The notes under the pieces: model-generated | Seen by the model: only the letters and a program-made list of their open reading frames with translations | Database searches by the model: none | What the model was told of the DNA's origin: nothing | DNA from: Octopus vulgaris | Taxonomy: Eukaryota | Length of the DNA stretch: 64,000 nucleotides | NCBI GenBank assembly: GCA_951406725.2 | Contig: OX597819.1 | Span: forward strand, 20,708,001 to 20,772,000 | Direction: 5' to 3' | In this document: positions 42,490 through 55,334 of the stretch, piece after piece | How the letters are laid out: each line of letters opens with the position of its first letter | Numbering within the stretch: position 1 is the stretch's first letter | Translations under genes and position numbers: made by a program

Positions 42490-44198
42490 CGGGGAGGAGA
42501 ACGAGATGTCATTTTTTACTGCTAAATACCACCGTTGATGTATCTTCTTCCAACCTACAGGATGAAATCAGTTTAAGCCTTAAGCGCCAAATTATAATTT
42601 GATATATATTTCTTATTAATGTTTTCCTAATCTAAATATCGTCTCTCGCTTTTCTCGGCACAGAATCCTGTCACGGTTTCATCACTGGTATTGTAATGAT
42701 TCTCTCCCTCCTAAATTCAGAGATTCATATATGTTAGCAATTAATTCCTCCTCCTTAAGCGCTTATCTTTATAACTAATGTCACCATTATCTTTTGCTTT
42801 CTGGTATTCAAAAAGCAATTGTTAGCCCCTCATCATACACATATATTTATCACATCGATTTTAAAGAAAAGTGAGACACATTGACAAAGACAGAGTTAGT
42901 GTGTGTGTGAGAGAGTGAGAGAGTGAGAGAGAGAGAAAAGACAGACAGACAGAGGCAGAAAGAGACAGAGACACAAAGTGGAAAGGGCAGAGAATGAATG
43001 CTTCACATCTGGTTAACATTGATTTTGCTATCCCGTGTCAGGACTGGATTCCTTACGATTTTAGACGAACTGAATTTCCACGGTGAAATAAATCTGAAAG
43101 CGATCGGGTATTTCAGAAATACATGTGAAATGAAGATGAGTTTTCAATCAGAAACAACCTGTGAGAATATGGGACATACGTGATCCTTATGTTGGAGAAT
43201 GATCCTTATATTATAATCCAGAAGGAATACGAGAATAGGGAAGAATAAACTCCTGTACTGGAGATGGATGTATTGTGATGTATACTACGAGGACCTGAAA
43301 TCATTTCGCAAACTCCGCCTAAGTAATTCTAACCGATAATTTCAGAGTAGAACCAGTTCACGAACAAGTGACAGTGAAAAGTACAAGACACGTACTTTAA
43401 GAAGATACTCTAAGATGGATAAATATTCTTTGTTTCTTCAGGAATATGAATGGGAATTATCAAGAGCGTGTCTTGATAACTATAAAGTGGCGTGTCGCAT
43501 TTACATTAACCGTTGCGTTGCATTCTTGACTTAAAGTTGCAGAGTGTTAAATATTTGAATGACACAAGAATTCGTTTATATCAAATAGAATTTAATAACT
43601 TATTTAATGAGAGAATCTAATTCTTCGTATTTGTGTTTCGTTACCATTTATGCAAATGTCAAACGTGATTTATAATTACGCTATAAATTTCTTTGTAATA
43701 TCCCCCATACCATAATGTACATCTAGGTCTTTAGGAATCTATAAAATGTGTTCGCATGGGTACGTTACTTTATACGCAATTTTGTCATTGATTTTTCAAT
43801 CACAGACGCAGAGACTCAATTTTAATTAAAGAAATTTGAAGAAGGCTACTTAATAAGAGCCTGGAAGTGTGATTGCTGACGATTACTGAAAGGTGAGAAT
43901 GAGGTTACTGCATTTGTCACCAATCTCTCACCGGTGATTCATTGAATCTCAGGAAGCTATGACACAATAGACAGGCAACAATTCAAGCTTTAATTTAAAA
44001 TCATCATGCCCTGACAGCAGTGAGGTACGAAGACAATTAATTTCAAAATTGAGAAGCGAAATCATTCAATAGATATGCATTAGTATGGAATTTTCATATA
44101 AGTGTGTTTGTGTGTGTGTGTTTAACATAAGTAAATATATTTACATATATAGCTGAATATATATACATATATCTGCAAAAGTATGTATACGTATATAA

Positions 44199-44231
<33 letters not shown>

Positions 44232-44491
44232 AATTGAGATAGGGTTTGTAAATGCAACCCTCCATGGGATAAAATATACCCAATATACTGCTATTGAAGT
44301 ACCCAAGAAAGTTAATACATAAATGTTAATGATTGCGATGCAATTAATTCATTTACTGTATTATATGGGCAAAGGTAAAATTATTTACCACAACCCTACT
44401 GTCTCTTATCGGGTGGTTTAATAAAGTATGTGATTGAGTATTATCTGGTAATTGATATTTGATTTAGATGTACTTCTCCATTTTCTTATCT

Positions 44492-44552
<61 letters not shown>

Positions 44553-44599
44553 TTATGTGTGTGTGTGTGTCTGCGTGTGTGTGTGTGACCGCGTGTGTA

Positions 44600-44765
44600 T
44601 CGTTGGCTATTTTTTTCATCCGTATTCCCTTCCTTGGGTCTTTCCTTTTCCTATGTTTCCAACGAGGAGCTCCGCTCGAAACGTTAAATCTTTCTTCTTT
44701 CTTTCCTTTCCTGAGCGTCCAATAACACTATACTTGTTCCACATCCTCGCGCTGGATTAACTATA
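44600..44765 (+). mobile_element. pLTR-like repeat with a core-damaged hammerhead (44656-44688)
   Basis: ttt-CCAACGA-G-GAGC-tcc-GCTC-GAAACGTT-aaa, running into (TA)n at 44762. Confidence 0.65.
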
Positions 44766-46057
44766 TTATATATATATATATATATATGCATATGTATACA
44801 TGTGTACATGCATATATATATAACTATATAACCATGTGCATATATATATATATAATATAAGTAAATACATACAAATGTGCGTGTGTATATACACACACAT
44901 TTTTGTATGAATGTGTGTGTGTGCGTGTGTGTGCGTGTATGTGAGTGTGAGCGCACGCGTATTCGGCAGAGGTAACTTCTTATTGAAAAAGTAAATATCA
45001 GCTACAGGTTCAGGGTAAGTGAAGATGCAAAAACGTCTTCAACTTTTCACGCAATCACACTTCTTCCGAAAGATAATAAGTCACTTCAGAGAACAGAAAA
45101 ATAGAATGATAATCAATGTAATTGAAGCGCACTTTTGTGCAACCGCTAGGTGTAGAGAGTCCGCTTTAGCAAGGGGCATAACTGTGATCGTTGCATATAT
45201 TTGCGTGAGAGTTGGGTGCTTGCTTCTTTGTAATGTGTATGTATGATTAACAGGTTGTTCTGTGCATTTATACCTGTGCGTGTTTGTGTATGTGTGTTTA
45301 AGCGCGTACGTGTATGTGTGTGGAGTGCATGAACGAAGGATTGAATTATAAGTGCTGGGAATTAAGACCGTAGAGAACCGCCAAATTTTGGAACCCAATT
45401 ATGTGTGTGTGTGCGTATGCGTGAGCGTGAGTCAGTTTGTGTGTGTGCATATGTGTGTATGTATACATGTGTGTTTGCGTGTGTACTGAAGAAGAGACGA
45501 TACGCGTAGTCATGTAGATAAATAGATTCATACATAGATAGGTTATTCTAGTGGAACCTATACAAAGAACAGCCTGTCTGCAAATAATATTAATGAGCAG
45601 CTTAGCCAGCATTTTGTCATTTGATCATGCTAACCTAATTTCATATTTAACAGAAGAAGCATTCTAGAAATATCCAACGAGAAATACGCGAGTTCAAAAG
45701 AATTTTACGAGGTATTTCTAATTTCTATGAAATATCGCATAAATTATAAATTCCTTATTTCAATAAGCTAGCATTGAACTGCAAATTGAAGTCCTCCGTG
45801 AAAGGAATTTCAGATAATTTTGAATATTGGATTCTATATGCCACATGGTATACCTGCATGTGACTACTTGCTGCATGTTCCAAGTTTAGTTTGTCGCATG
45901 TATGTGTACGTATATACATATATATATATATATGAGATCTCCCTTTTAGTAGAAAGAATAGCTATAACTCTTTGACTGCTATTTCTAAATTCGGTGTGTG
46001 GTGAGGCAAATCGTTGCTAAACCCTTAATTACTTAGTATATATATATATATATATAC

Positions 46058-46092
<35 letters not shown>

Positions 46093-46104
46093 TATATTCA
46101 TTTA

Positions 46105-46300
46105 TCTTTTCACTCATCTGAATGCGGCCATGCAGGAGCATTGCCTTTACCTGAGCAAGTCGACCCCATGGCATTTTTGTTGTAAGCCTAGTACTTATTC
46201 TATCGTTCTCTATTGCCTAACCGCTAGGTTATGGGGCCGTATTTACACCAGCATAGGTTGTCAACGATGCTGGTGAGGAACAAACACAGACCCACAAATA
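46105..46300 (-). mobile_element. SINE family A 3' half
   Basis: tgcggccatgc.ggagca, gtaagcctagtacttattctatcg, caccagcat.ggttgtcaa. Confidence 0.8.
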
Positions 46301-46332
46301 TATGTATGTATATATATATATATATATATATA

Positions 46333-46727
46333 CTAGCAGTATCGCCCGGCGTTGCTCGGGTTTGTAAGGGAAATAATTATATAAGCATTTTTAGAGATGT
46401 AAAGTATAATAGCCATCTCAATATGGCTAACCACAAAGGGGGAGGGGTGTTACTGTAGCTTTTTACGTTCTGAGATTTAATAATAAATTTTTGAGAGTTA
46501 CTTCCCTTATATATGTCAAAAATGGATTAAAAATGGGAAAAATTGATGGTAATTTTTTTTTTAAATCGTAGACTCATCGTAGACGCGCGCTAATACCCAG
46601 AAGGGCTTGATATGAATCACGACTATAAGATACCCGGTTTTGGTTAAACTGCACCGCAAAATGTGGGAGTAGTTAGGAATCTAAATCGTAGGAGACAGAC
46701 ACACAACCTCACTTTTATATATAAAGA
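46333..46727 (-). mobile_element. Non-autonomous Helitron, complete (395 bp)
   Basis: Minus strand A|TCTTTATATATAAAAG ... CCCGAGCAACGCCGGG hairpin ... CTAG|T. The body is shared with 11829-12160. Confidence 0.88.
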
Positions 46728-46790
46728 TTTCCTCTATTTACATAATATTGAGGTCTCTTTCTTTCTTTTGTTATCTTACTGTTTTTACCA

Positions 46791-46827
<37 letters not shown>

Positions 46828-46899
46828 TATATATAGTTACAGAGATGTACTTGCATAGCAAGTGACTTGATCTGAGATCGTGTGCTGGAACGAAAACAG

Positions 46900-47158
46900 T
46901 TGCAGCGTTGAAGGTGTTTATAAGCCATTTAAGAAACACACAAAAACCGTTAGATTCACTTCAACATTTAAATTTAATTTGTGAAAATATTTTCGTCGCT
47001 TTGAGACCGCGACCTGTTAGCACGATATTTTTGTCAGTGAACAGGTCGCGGTCTGAAAGCGACGAAAATATTTTGGCAAATTAAATTTAAATGTTGAAGT
47101 GAATGTAACGGTTTTTGTGTGTTTCTTAAATGGCTTACAAACACCTTCCACGCTGCAA
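46900..47158. repeat. Inverted repeat (46900-47018 and 47040-47158), inverted pLTR-like, containing a variant hammerhead
   Basis: ttgcagcgttgaaggtgtt...gaccgcgacctgtt versus aacaggtcgcggtc...aacaccttccacgctgcaa, followed by (TA)n. Confidence 0.92.
47030..47080 (+). ncRNA. Hammerhead ribozyme variant with a G3-C8 swapped core
   Basis: UUUGUCA-GUGAACA-G-GUCGC-ggucugaaa-GCGAC-GAA-AAUAUU-U-UGGCAAA. This gives a 7-bp helix I with one G-U, a 5-bp helix II and a palindromic helix III. Confidence 0.7.
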
Positions 47159-47178
47159 TATATATATATACACACATA

Positions 47179-47209
<31 letters not shown>

Positions 47210-47214
47210 GTGTA

Positions 47215-47462
47215 TATGTGTATGCATGTATGTGTGTGTGTGTGCGTGTCTGTGCTTGTGATTGTCCTCCACCACTGCTTGACAACGAATGTTGGTTTGT
47301 TTACATCCCTGTCACCTAGTGGTTTGACAAAGGAAACAGATAGAATAAGTACAATGCTTACAAAAATAAAACTGGAGTTGATTCATTAAACTACAAATCG
47401 TCAAGGCATTGCCCCAGCATGGCCACAGACCAATGGCTGGAAAAAGCAGAAGAATAAAAGAA
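47215..47462 (+). mobile_element. SINE family A 3' half (diverged)
   Basis: gcttgacaac, gatagaataagtac, gccccagcatggccacag. Confidence 0.75.
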
Positions 47463-47518
47463 TACATTCTCTGCTTTGGTCATATGTTGAAGGCATGAGA
47501 AAGCTTGAGTTTACATGA

Positions 47519-48008
47519 GAAGGCCTAACAGACCTGGTAGAAACAGCAGCCAAATCTCCCTCAAATCACACCTTACTGTCTTATGTATGTATATATATAT
47601 GAGCCAATGAGGGGGACCTCTACATGGTAGCTAGAGCTGGTAGAAATAGCAGCCAAATTTCCCCCAAATCACACCTTACTGTCTTATCTATGTATATATG
47701 TATGTATGAGCCTATGAGGGAGACCCCTACATGGCAGCTAGACCTGGTAGAAATAGCAGCCAAATTTCCCCCAAATCACACCTTACTGTCTTATCTATGT
47801 ATATATGTATGTATGAGCCTATGAGGGAGACCCCTACATGGCAGCTAGACCTGGTAGAAATAGCAGCCAAATTTCCCCCAAATCACACCCTACTGTCTTA
47901 TCTATGTATATATGTATGTATGAGCCTATGAGGGAGACCCCTACATGGCAGCTAGACATGGTAGAAATAGCAGCCAAATCTCCCTCAAATCACACCTTAC
48001 TGTCTTAT
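47519..48008. repeat. 107-bp tandem repeat, ~4.5 copies
   Basis: Unit cctacatggcagctagacctggtagaaatagcagccaaatttcccccaaatcacaccttactgtcttatctatgtatatatgtatgtatgagcctatgagggagacc. ORF-track starts at 47624, 47731, 47838 and 47945 are spaced 107 bp apart. Confidence 0.97.
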
Positions 48009-48519
48009 CTTTCTGCTACTTGGATATAGGTGTTATATTCGTCGTAAAAAAACTTTCCTGTCACCCACTCACGCACACGTACACACACACACACACACAC
48101 GCACCCTCACACACACACACGCGCGCACACCCACACACACCCACTCACACACACACGCACGTTAGCTTACAATTTTATTTATATATTTGCGTGTCTGTGT
48201 GGAAAGAGGAAGTGGGAGGCAGAGTGAAAGAATCACTCACTACAGTAAGTCAATTACTTTCATTTTATTCGTTGCCCACTGTGTGTGTGCGTTTGCGTGT
48301 GCTGTAAACCAGACTAAGAAAAGCATTTGACACACACACCAGAATGTGAGTTTTCTGTAAATTTTGCTTAACTGGAGTTTAAATTTTAAAAACTGGACCT
48401 GGCATGACGCGATGCATTGTACTCTTAAAAATGCAAGGTAAATTGTAATTGAAGAAATCCTATATTGTAGATTTGTATAACTCCCAAAGGGAGGCAGATA
48501 AAATCTGCCTTTTATAATA

Positions 48520-48550
<31 letters not shown>

Positions 48551-48680
48551 CGACGGGCTTCTTCCAGTTTCTGTCTACCAAATCCACTCACAAGGCTTTG
48601 GTCGGCGCGAGGTTTTAGTAGAAGACACTTATCACGCAGTTGGACTGAACCCGGAACCATGTGGCTGGTGTGCAACCTAC
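48551..48680 (-). mobile_element. SINE family A 5' half, head-to-head with the next copy
   Basis: cgacgggcttctt.cagtttc.gtctaccaaatccactcacaaggctttggtcggc...ggactgaacccggaaccatgtgg. Confidence 0.9.
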
Positions 48681-48697
48681 TTACCCCATACCATATA

Positions 48698-49072
48698 GGC
48701 GCAGAAGAGACTGTGTCGTAAGTAGTTTGCTTACCAGCCACATGGTTCCTGGTTCAGTCAGATTGTGTGGCACCTTGGGAAAGTGTCCTCTACTATATCC
48801 TCGAGCTGACCAAAGCCTTGTGAGTGGCTTTGGTAGACGGAAACTGAAAAAAGTGTGTCGTATATATGTGTATGTGTGTATGTGTGTGTGTGTATGTCAG
48901 TTTGTGTGTCTATGTTTACCCTTCTCCACCATCGCTTGACAACTGATGATGGATGTGACTGGTAGAATAAGTACAAAGCTTGCAAAAATAAGTCCTGGCG
49001 TTGTTTGCTCGACTAAATGCAGTGCTACAGCATGGCCGCAGTCAAATGACTGAAGCAATAAAAGAAAAGAGT
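48698..49072 (+). mobile_element. SINE family A copy
   Basis: Head ggcgcag..gtaagtag.ttgcttacc through tail cagcatggccgcagtcaaatgactgaa. Confidence 0.9.
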
Positions 49073-49715
49073 AAGATATATACCAAAAAACGAAATTAGA
49101 TTAGAAAACACGAGAGAATGATAATTCGATAATTGATTATATTCTGCACAAACAAGAAACATAACTTTGGAAACATTATTCATATCGAAGTCTATATACT
49201 ACTAAACGTCTGTGATTGCATGCTTCCATCCTTCTCTGTTATTTAATACAGCCAGAGTGGCGCATAATAGGGAAATATTATGAATTAAGGTACCCCTGAA
49301 ATGTGACTACAAACGGAATAAAACAAGTCTCGCTTAAATCAGACTAAGGATTCCTGAGATATGATAGATTTTGGGGTATTCATAACTACCCAAAACGGTG
49401 CATATTGGAATAATACTCCGAAAATAACATTACCCTGTATTTTGAAGGCAAGCTTCACAACCTGGGCAATTGGCATGGTAACTCAAACTTGCCAACGAGT
49501 TTGTTTTTACAGTAAATGTTTCTGGTTTCGCTTTTGTTAAACACAATATTTTAATCACTTACAAATATTTTGAAGTGAATGTGATTTTACAGTAATTATT
49601 TAAACATTTTCTTTCTTTAAACAAACAATGTTTTAGTTTTTAAAACATTATTTCAAGTGAATGCCATTACAAATAATTTTGGTGCCATAAATTTTAAGTA
49701 ACAATTAAGGAACAA

Positions 49716-49860
49716 TTACCTCATACCATATAGGCGCAGAAGAGGCTCTGTCGTAAGTAGATTGCTTACCAACCACATGGTTCCTGGTTCAGTCAGATTG
49801 TGTGGCACCTTGGGCAAGAGTCCTCTACTATATCCTCGAGCTGACCAAAGCCTTGTGAGT
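49716..49860 (+). repeat. Local duplicate of ~48681-48826 (SINE A head plus flank)
   Basis: Shares the flank cataccatata and the private variants ttcctggttcagtcagattg and tatcctcgagctgacc. Confidence 0.85.
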
Positions 49861-49900
49861 ATTTGTATTTCAGCTTTCTTTAAATCGACAATATTTTATA

Positions 49901-50126
49901 TTTCTTTATTGCCCACAAGGGGCTAAACATAGAGGGGACAAAAAAGGACAGACAAAGGGATTAAGTCGATTACATCGACCCCAGTGCTAACTGGCACTTT
50001 ATTTATCGACCCCGAAAGGATGAAAGGCAAAGTCGACCACGGCGGAATTTGAACTCAGAACGTAACGACAGACGAAATACCGCTAAGCATTTCGTCCGGC
50101 GCGCTAACGTGTCTGCCAGCTCGCCG
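49901..50126 (-). mobile_element. SINE family C, well-preserved copy
   Basis: Reverse complement of 32770-32988. Confidence 0.9.
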
Positions 50127-51046
50127 TCTTTTCGACGATATTTTAATTATTTAAAAAACGTAGGTAAATATTTCGTAATGGACCCGTTTTTACCTCGGTG
50201 TGAAATGGTTTTTTTCACGCGTTCTTTCGAGTTACTTCTAGACATACAACAAGTCACCTTTTTTCCGGAACAGGGAAGGGTTGAGTGGCTCACGGAGTTC
50301 CCCGTGATATTCCGAGTTTTGCACCAACGAATTTTGTTTCGCGGGTTTTTTTTTCTTTTCCATGATATTTACACGCTTTCAACCAATCTTCACCCCTTCA
50401 CTCTTTTTTCTTCTGCTCAAAATGTCGTTCTCACTTATTGATAAATGATAATTAGATGTATGTTAATATTTTCCGTGTATCAATCTAGTAATTTTATCAA
50501 TGTTCTGCAAAATATTCATACATTTTAACGTTAATAATTTCCTGTATGGGACAAACAAAACATGCATCAACCAACAGCTATGTATAGCAACAGGCAGCGC
50601 ACCAAGCGTGATAGATAATTTTCGCGGTCGGAATTATATTCTTCGCTTTCGTTTTTCTCGTTGTTGTAACTGGTAATTCATACTTTCGCATGAGGGATTC
50701 AAGCAATATTATCAACACGCAGGAAGAATTATTTTCCATGTTTTCGTTTGCATATCTATTAATTTCGCAAATATTCCCCAAGTTGCGAGATACGCAAGTT
50801 AGTTAAAGGGAAAGTGTAATTCGATCAAGACAATTTCTGAAAGAATAAAAAAAATGACAAATTACACCAAAATTTGCAAGGTCGATTAACCCGAAAAGTT
50901 TCAATATTTACACTTATAAATCTGTGTACTTTCTCATGTGGATCAGAATTTCTGGGCGTTGATAATATCATTACATTTTCTCGAAATAATGTATCGATAT
51001 GAATAAAATTAACTTAATATACCAAGGAGAGAGGCAGAAGCAAAAA

Positions 51047-51102
<56 letters not shown>

Positions 51103-51134
51103 CATTATTATTATTATTAATATCATTATTATTA

Positions 51135-51165
<31 letters not shown>

Positions 51166-51221
51166 CATTATTATTATCATTATTATTATCATTATTATCA
51201 TTATTATTATCATTATTATCC

Positions 51222-51261
<40 letters not shown>

Positions 51262-51400
51262 CATTATTACTATGATTATTATCATTATTATTATTATCAT
51301 CTTCATCATCTTCATCATCAATAGTAGTAGTAGTAGTAGTAGTGGTAGTATTAGTAGTAGTATTAGTAGTAGTAGTAGTAGCAGCAGCAGCAGCAGCAAT
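51047..51400. repeat. (ATT/ATC)n followed by (AGT/AGC)n trinucleotide microsatellite
   Basis: Directly visible. Confidence 0.97.
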
Positions 51401-51954
51401 AAGTGATAAACGAATATTTAGGATTTCGCCCGCTGTACGTTATGCGTTTCAGTTCTCTATTTAACGCGTTGGTTTTTAATTATTTTTATTTCATTAGAAT
51501 TCTCTGACACAGAACTTTACTAATTTCCTAGGAATCTGCCGTTTCGCTTTATTAATTGGACCATTTGTTGGCATAGAGTAAGATAAATCGTGACAAGATA
51601 ATTACATCAGCAACGCTTTCCTGCCAGACAATCATTTCGTTGAAAACATGTTTAATAATTAAAGAACTCAAAAGTCGTTGTCTATTCAGAATATTGATAT
51701 TAGCTTACATAATTTCAAAAACAAAACAGTAATAGTAATACTAACTACCAGCTCAAGGTTTTAATACACGTATGAATATAATTTTGTTCATTCTATTTTT
51801 CAAAATTTTTTAATCATTAATTATATATTACGGGAACTGTGTAGATACCTGCCATATATATATATACGCACATTATAATTTATCCGCATTAACAGCATAT
51901 TCCTTTTACTTCTACTACCTTTTCTATTATATCTAACTATCTGTCTGTCTGTGC

Positions 51955-52010
<56 letters not shown>

Positions 52011-52019
52011 ATCTCTCTC

Positions 52020-52077
<58 letters not shown>

Positions 52078-52674
52078 TGAGTGGTGATGGGGAAGGGGCA
52101 CTAGGAATGCGGTGTTAGAACCAAGGGAGCGGCTGCCTGAAAAAGTTTGGGAACCACTTATATATATATCACCACTACCCCTCACCATCCAAAACATAAA
52201 CCATTTTCTGCAGCAAATTCAAAACACCTGTGTTTCACGAGTAAAACGTAACACAATCAACCCTTTGTTTTGCCTGTTTCTTTTATTTTTTTACATCCAC
52301 TGCCCAGTTTTGGTCACTCCATCATTGTCCCATTTTTCTTCACTGCCCCCAGGGTACCTTCTCACTCATCTACCGACTCTTTACTTGTATTTCTATTTAT
52401 TTCAGATGGTTACACATCCCCTCCATTTTCCTGCACTGAATTTGCAATCCTTTCTTGGCCATCCTTGCTTCAAAACTCTCCAAATTCCTCAGGGTCGCTC
52501 TCATAGCCACTCTTTACCCCGCAAACTTAGGCGTCGGCAAATATATCGGAGTGTAAGTTCAAATCACTTCAAATATATATTATATATATATATATATTTA
52601 TACATATATTTATATATATACAGTATAGGCCTTAAGAGTATATGTGATAGACAGAGACTGAAAGAAGTCTATTG

Positions 52675-52729
<55 letters not shown>

Positions 52730-52982
52730 ATGTATGTGTGTATGTGTGTGCATGTGTATGCGTGTGTGTGTGCGTATGTGTGCGTAGCTAGCTAGATACC
52801 TAGATATAGAGATATCCTATGATCGTCATATTGCTTGCATTTCAGCGCCACCTTTTCGGAAGCTGGGGCTGGGTTGCTTACGTCATCTTGACCTAGGTGC
52901 CTGACAAAAGGACTCTAAGCATAAGTAGCAAGCTTTTAGAGAATTGTGAACTGGAGTTGATTTGTTTCACAAAAACCTTCAA

Positions 52983-53070
52983 AGGAAGTGAACCTCGCAA
53001 AGCCGCAAATTGCAAAGAAGTAACCTCGCGAAGCCTCAACTTTCAAGGAAGTGACCCCGCGAAGCTGCAC
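52983..53070. repeat. Imperfect ~31-bp tandem repeat x3
   Basis: ggaagtgaacctcgcaaagccgcaa / agaagtaacctcgcgaagcctcaac / ggaagtgaccccgcgaagctgcac. Confidence 0.7.
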
Positions 53071-53584
53071 CTCAACTGATTGAAAGAATTAAAAGATATA
53101 AGTAACGCATTTCTAAAGCATTCGGAAACGTTAGGTACAGTGGGCATATAAGTGAATGAGTTTTTATCCTTTATGTGTGTTTTATTATTGACGGGAGGAG
53201 AGAACGGGGACGTATTTGCTCATGCTTTTTTGTGTTTCTCGTTCTTTCTCAATGTGTAAATGTTCCAAGTGCTTCATAGACCATTGAAGACATTCACGAA
53301 TCTGTGTTCTATATGTATTGTTCTGAACGCTTTACAATATGCAGGACAAATGTGACTACGCTTCATATAACCGCGCTTTACCGCATGATATACCCAACGT
53401 GTTTGACAAGACAGAATACAGCGAACAAAACGTTAAATTCACGGCTACAAAAACAACAGACGTACAAAAGAAAATCTCTCTTACCTATAGGATCTTCATG
53501 AACAACAATGAAAAACTGCAATAATCTGTATCACATAACGCAGACCATTACTATATTACTGAATAAAACATGTGCTGTACGTAA

Positions 53585-53640
53585 GATTTCCCTTACAGAC
53601 TTATTATACACGGATTTCCCTTACAGACTTATTATACACG
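53585..53640. repeat. Perfect 28-bp tandem duplication
   Basis: gatttcccttacagacttattatacacg x2. Confidence 0.95.
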
Positions 53641-54470
53641 GAGCACAATATAATGCGAGAAATTTAATAAGCAGATAACATTTTCTATACAAAAACGTGA
53701 ACAAAGCAATGTTTCTGAGAGCTTGAATAAATACATATGTGCGTGTGTGTATTCGCGTGCGTTTGTGTGTGTGTGTTCGGGTGCGTTTGTGTCTGTGCCT
53801 ATGTGTGTGTGTATGTCAGGCTGTCTGTGTCTCTGTGTGAGTGCTTGTGTGTGTGTTTGTATATACTTACACACACAAACAAATGTAAAAATATCTCCAT
53901 TTTTGCACTAGTTTCTCATCCAGTGCTACGACTATCCTGAGGCATAACCATTAGCTTCGTTTCAACATAATTACTTTAAACCTCCCCGTAATATGTGACA
54001 TTTAGAGAATGAAGGATTCTGATGGTGCTATACATAGCAGAGGTTGCGGCCATGAGGTAGACTCATCCAGAACTATTGAGAAATAGAGATTCAGCTTTTC
54101 TTAAATAAACATCTACATATAATCCCATGAATATCTCTCTGTTGGTAGGATATTGAAGAGCGGGGCCCCTTGAAACAAAAGTTGTTTCAGTGTCTGTTCA
54201 TGCATCAGAACAGCGATATGAGGATAACTAGCACCATATATTGGCGCTGTGCTCTGCTTTTTCCGTAACGTGCATTGCTAAATTTTGGGACAAGTCCTTT
54301 GCAAATGTATATCAATGAATATCATTCCCGCCTTCGCTCTATGGAATAGAGTCTTAAGGTTCCAAGTAGCTGACATGTTGCACTTTGTTTAGCTTCATTG
54401 GACTACTTCGAGTTCCGCCCTCAACTTTACGCTGTGTGACGACCACAATTGAGAACAGTATATACATATA

Positions 54471-54518
<48 letters not shown>

Positions 54519-54911
54519 AAAGGTTTGGAGATGATGTACAGGTATTTTATATTAGAAGAAATGAGGTACTCAGAAAATCGGATGGTTTATATTTACAGAT
54601 ATTTATTTGTATATTACACGTTTTTATACATCCTATAACTTAGATCATGTATTAGCGCTTTCTCCCATTCTAATCAAATCAAACTAAGTTCCTCAGTGAA
54701 AAGTTTTGACCACTTTATAGTGCTATTGAGTTTGTAGTGGTGGGGACGAATATAAGACAGTACAAGAGGGTGATGGATGAGGAGAAAATGAGAGAGAGAG
54801 CATGTGTGTGTGTGTATGTGTGCGTGTGTTTTTTTATTTGGAATGCGTGCTAAAGAAAAAAAGGGGAAGGGAGAGGGAAGAAGAAGAAAATATTTTTTTT
54901 TATATATGTTT

Positions 54912-55298
54912 AATGGCCCAGTGGTTAGGGCAGCGGACTCGCAGTCATAGGATCGTGGTTTCGATTCCCAGACCGGGCGTTGTGAGTGTTTAATGTGCGA
55001 AAACACCTGAAGCTCCACGAGGCTCCGGCAGGGGATGGTGGTGATCCCTGCTGTACTCTTTCACCACAACTTTCTCTCTCTCTTACTTCCCGTGTCTGTT
55101 CTACCTGTATTTCAAAGGGCCGGCCTTGTCACTCTCTGTCTCACGCTGAATATCCCCGAGAACTACTTTAAGGGTGCACGTGTCTGTGGAGTGCTCAACC
55201 ACTTACACGTTAATTTCACGAGCAGGCTGTTCCGTTGATTCGGATCAACCGGAACCCTCATCGTCGTAACCGACGGAGTGCTTTCATCCATCCATCCA
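54912..55298 (+). mobile_element. SINE family B (tRNA-Arg-like head), ending in (TCCA)n
   Basis: aatggcccagtggttagggcagcggactcgcagtcataggatcgtggtttcgattccc, and core gtgatccctgc.gtactctttcaccac shared with 10961-11207. Confidence 0.85.
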
Positions 55299-55334
55299 TA
55301 TATATTTCAGTACGTATGTATACATATCTTAGTC

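Noticed and set aside
47519-48008. CRISPR-like periodicity (also 52983-53070)
   Set aside because: Whole units repeat with no unique spacers, there are no cas genes, and the context is eukaryotic.
52112-52795. 227-aa ORF
   Set aside because: It has a non-ATG start, a low-complexity pyrimidine-rich and microsatellite composition and no domain. Its start overlaps a possible hAT-like terminus (aaagtttgggaaccact).
54912-54972. Functional tRNA-Arg gene (also 11139-11207 and 17042-17108)
   Set aside because: There is no complete cloverleaf or acceptor stem, and each continues into a repeat body, so these are tRNA-derived heads.
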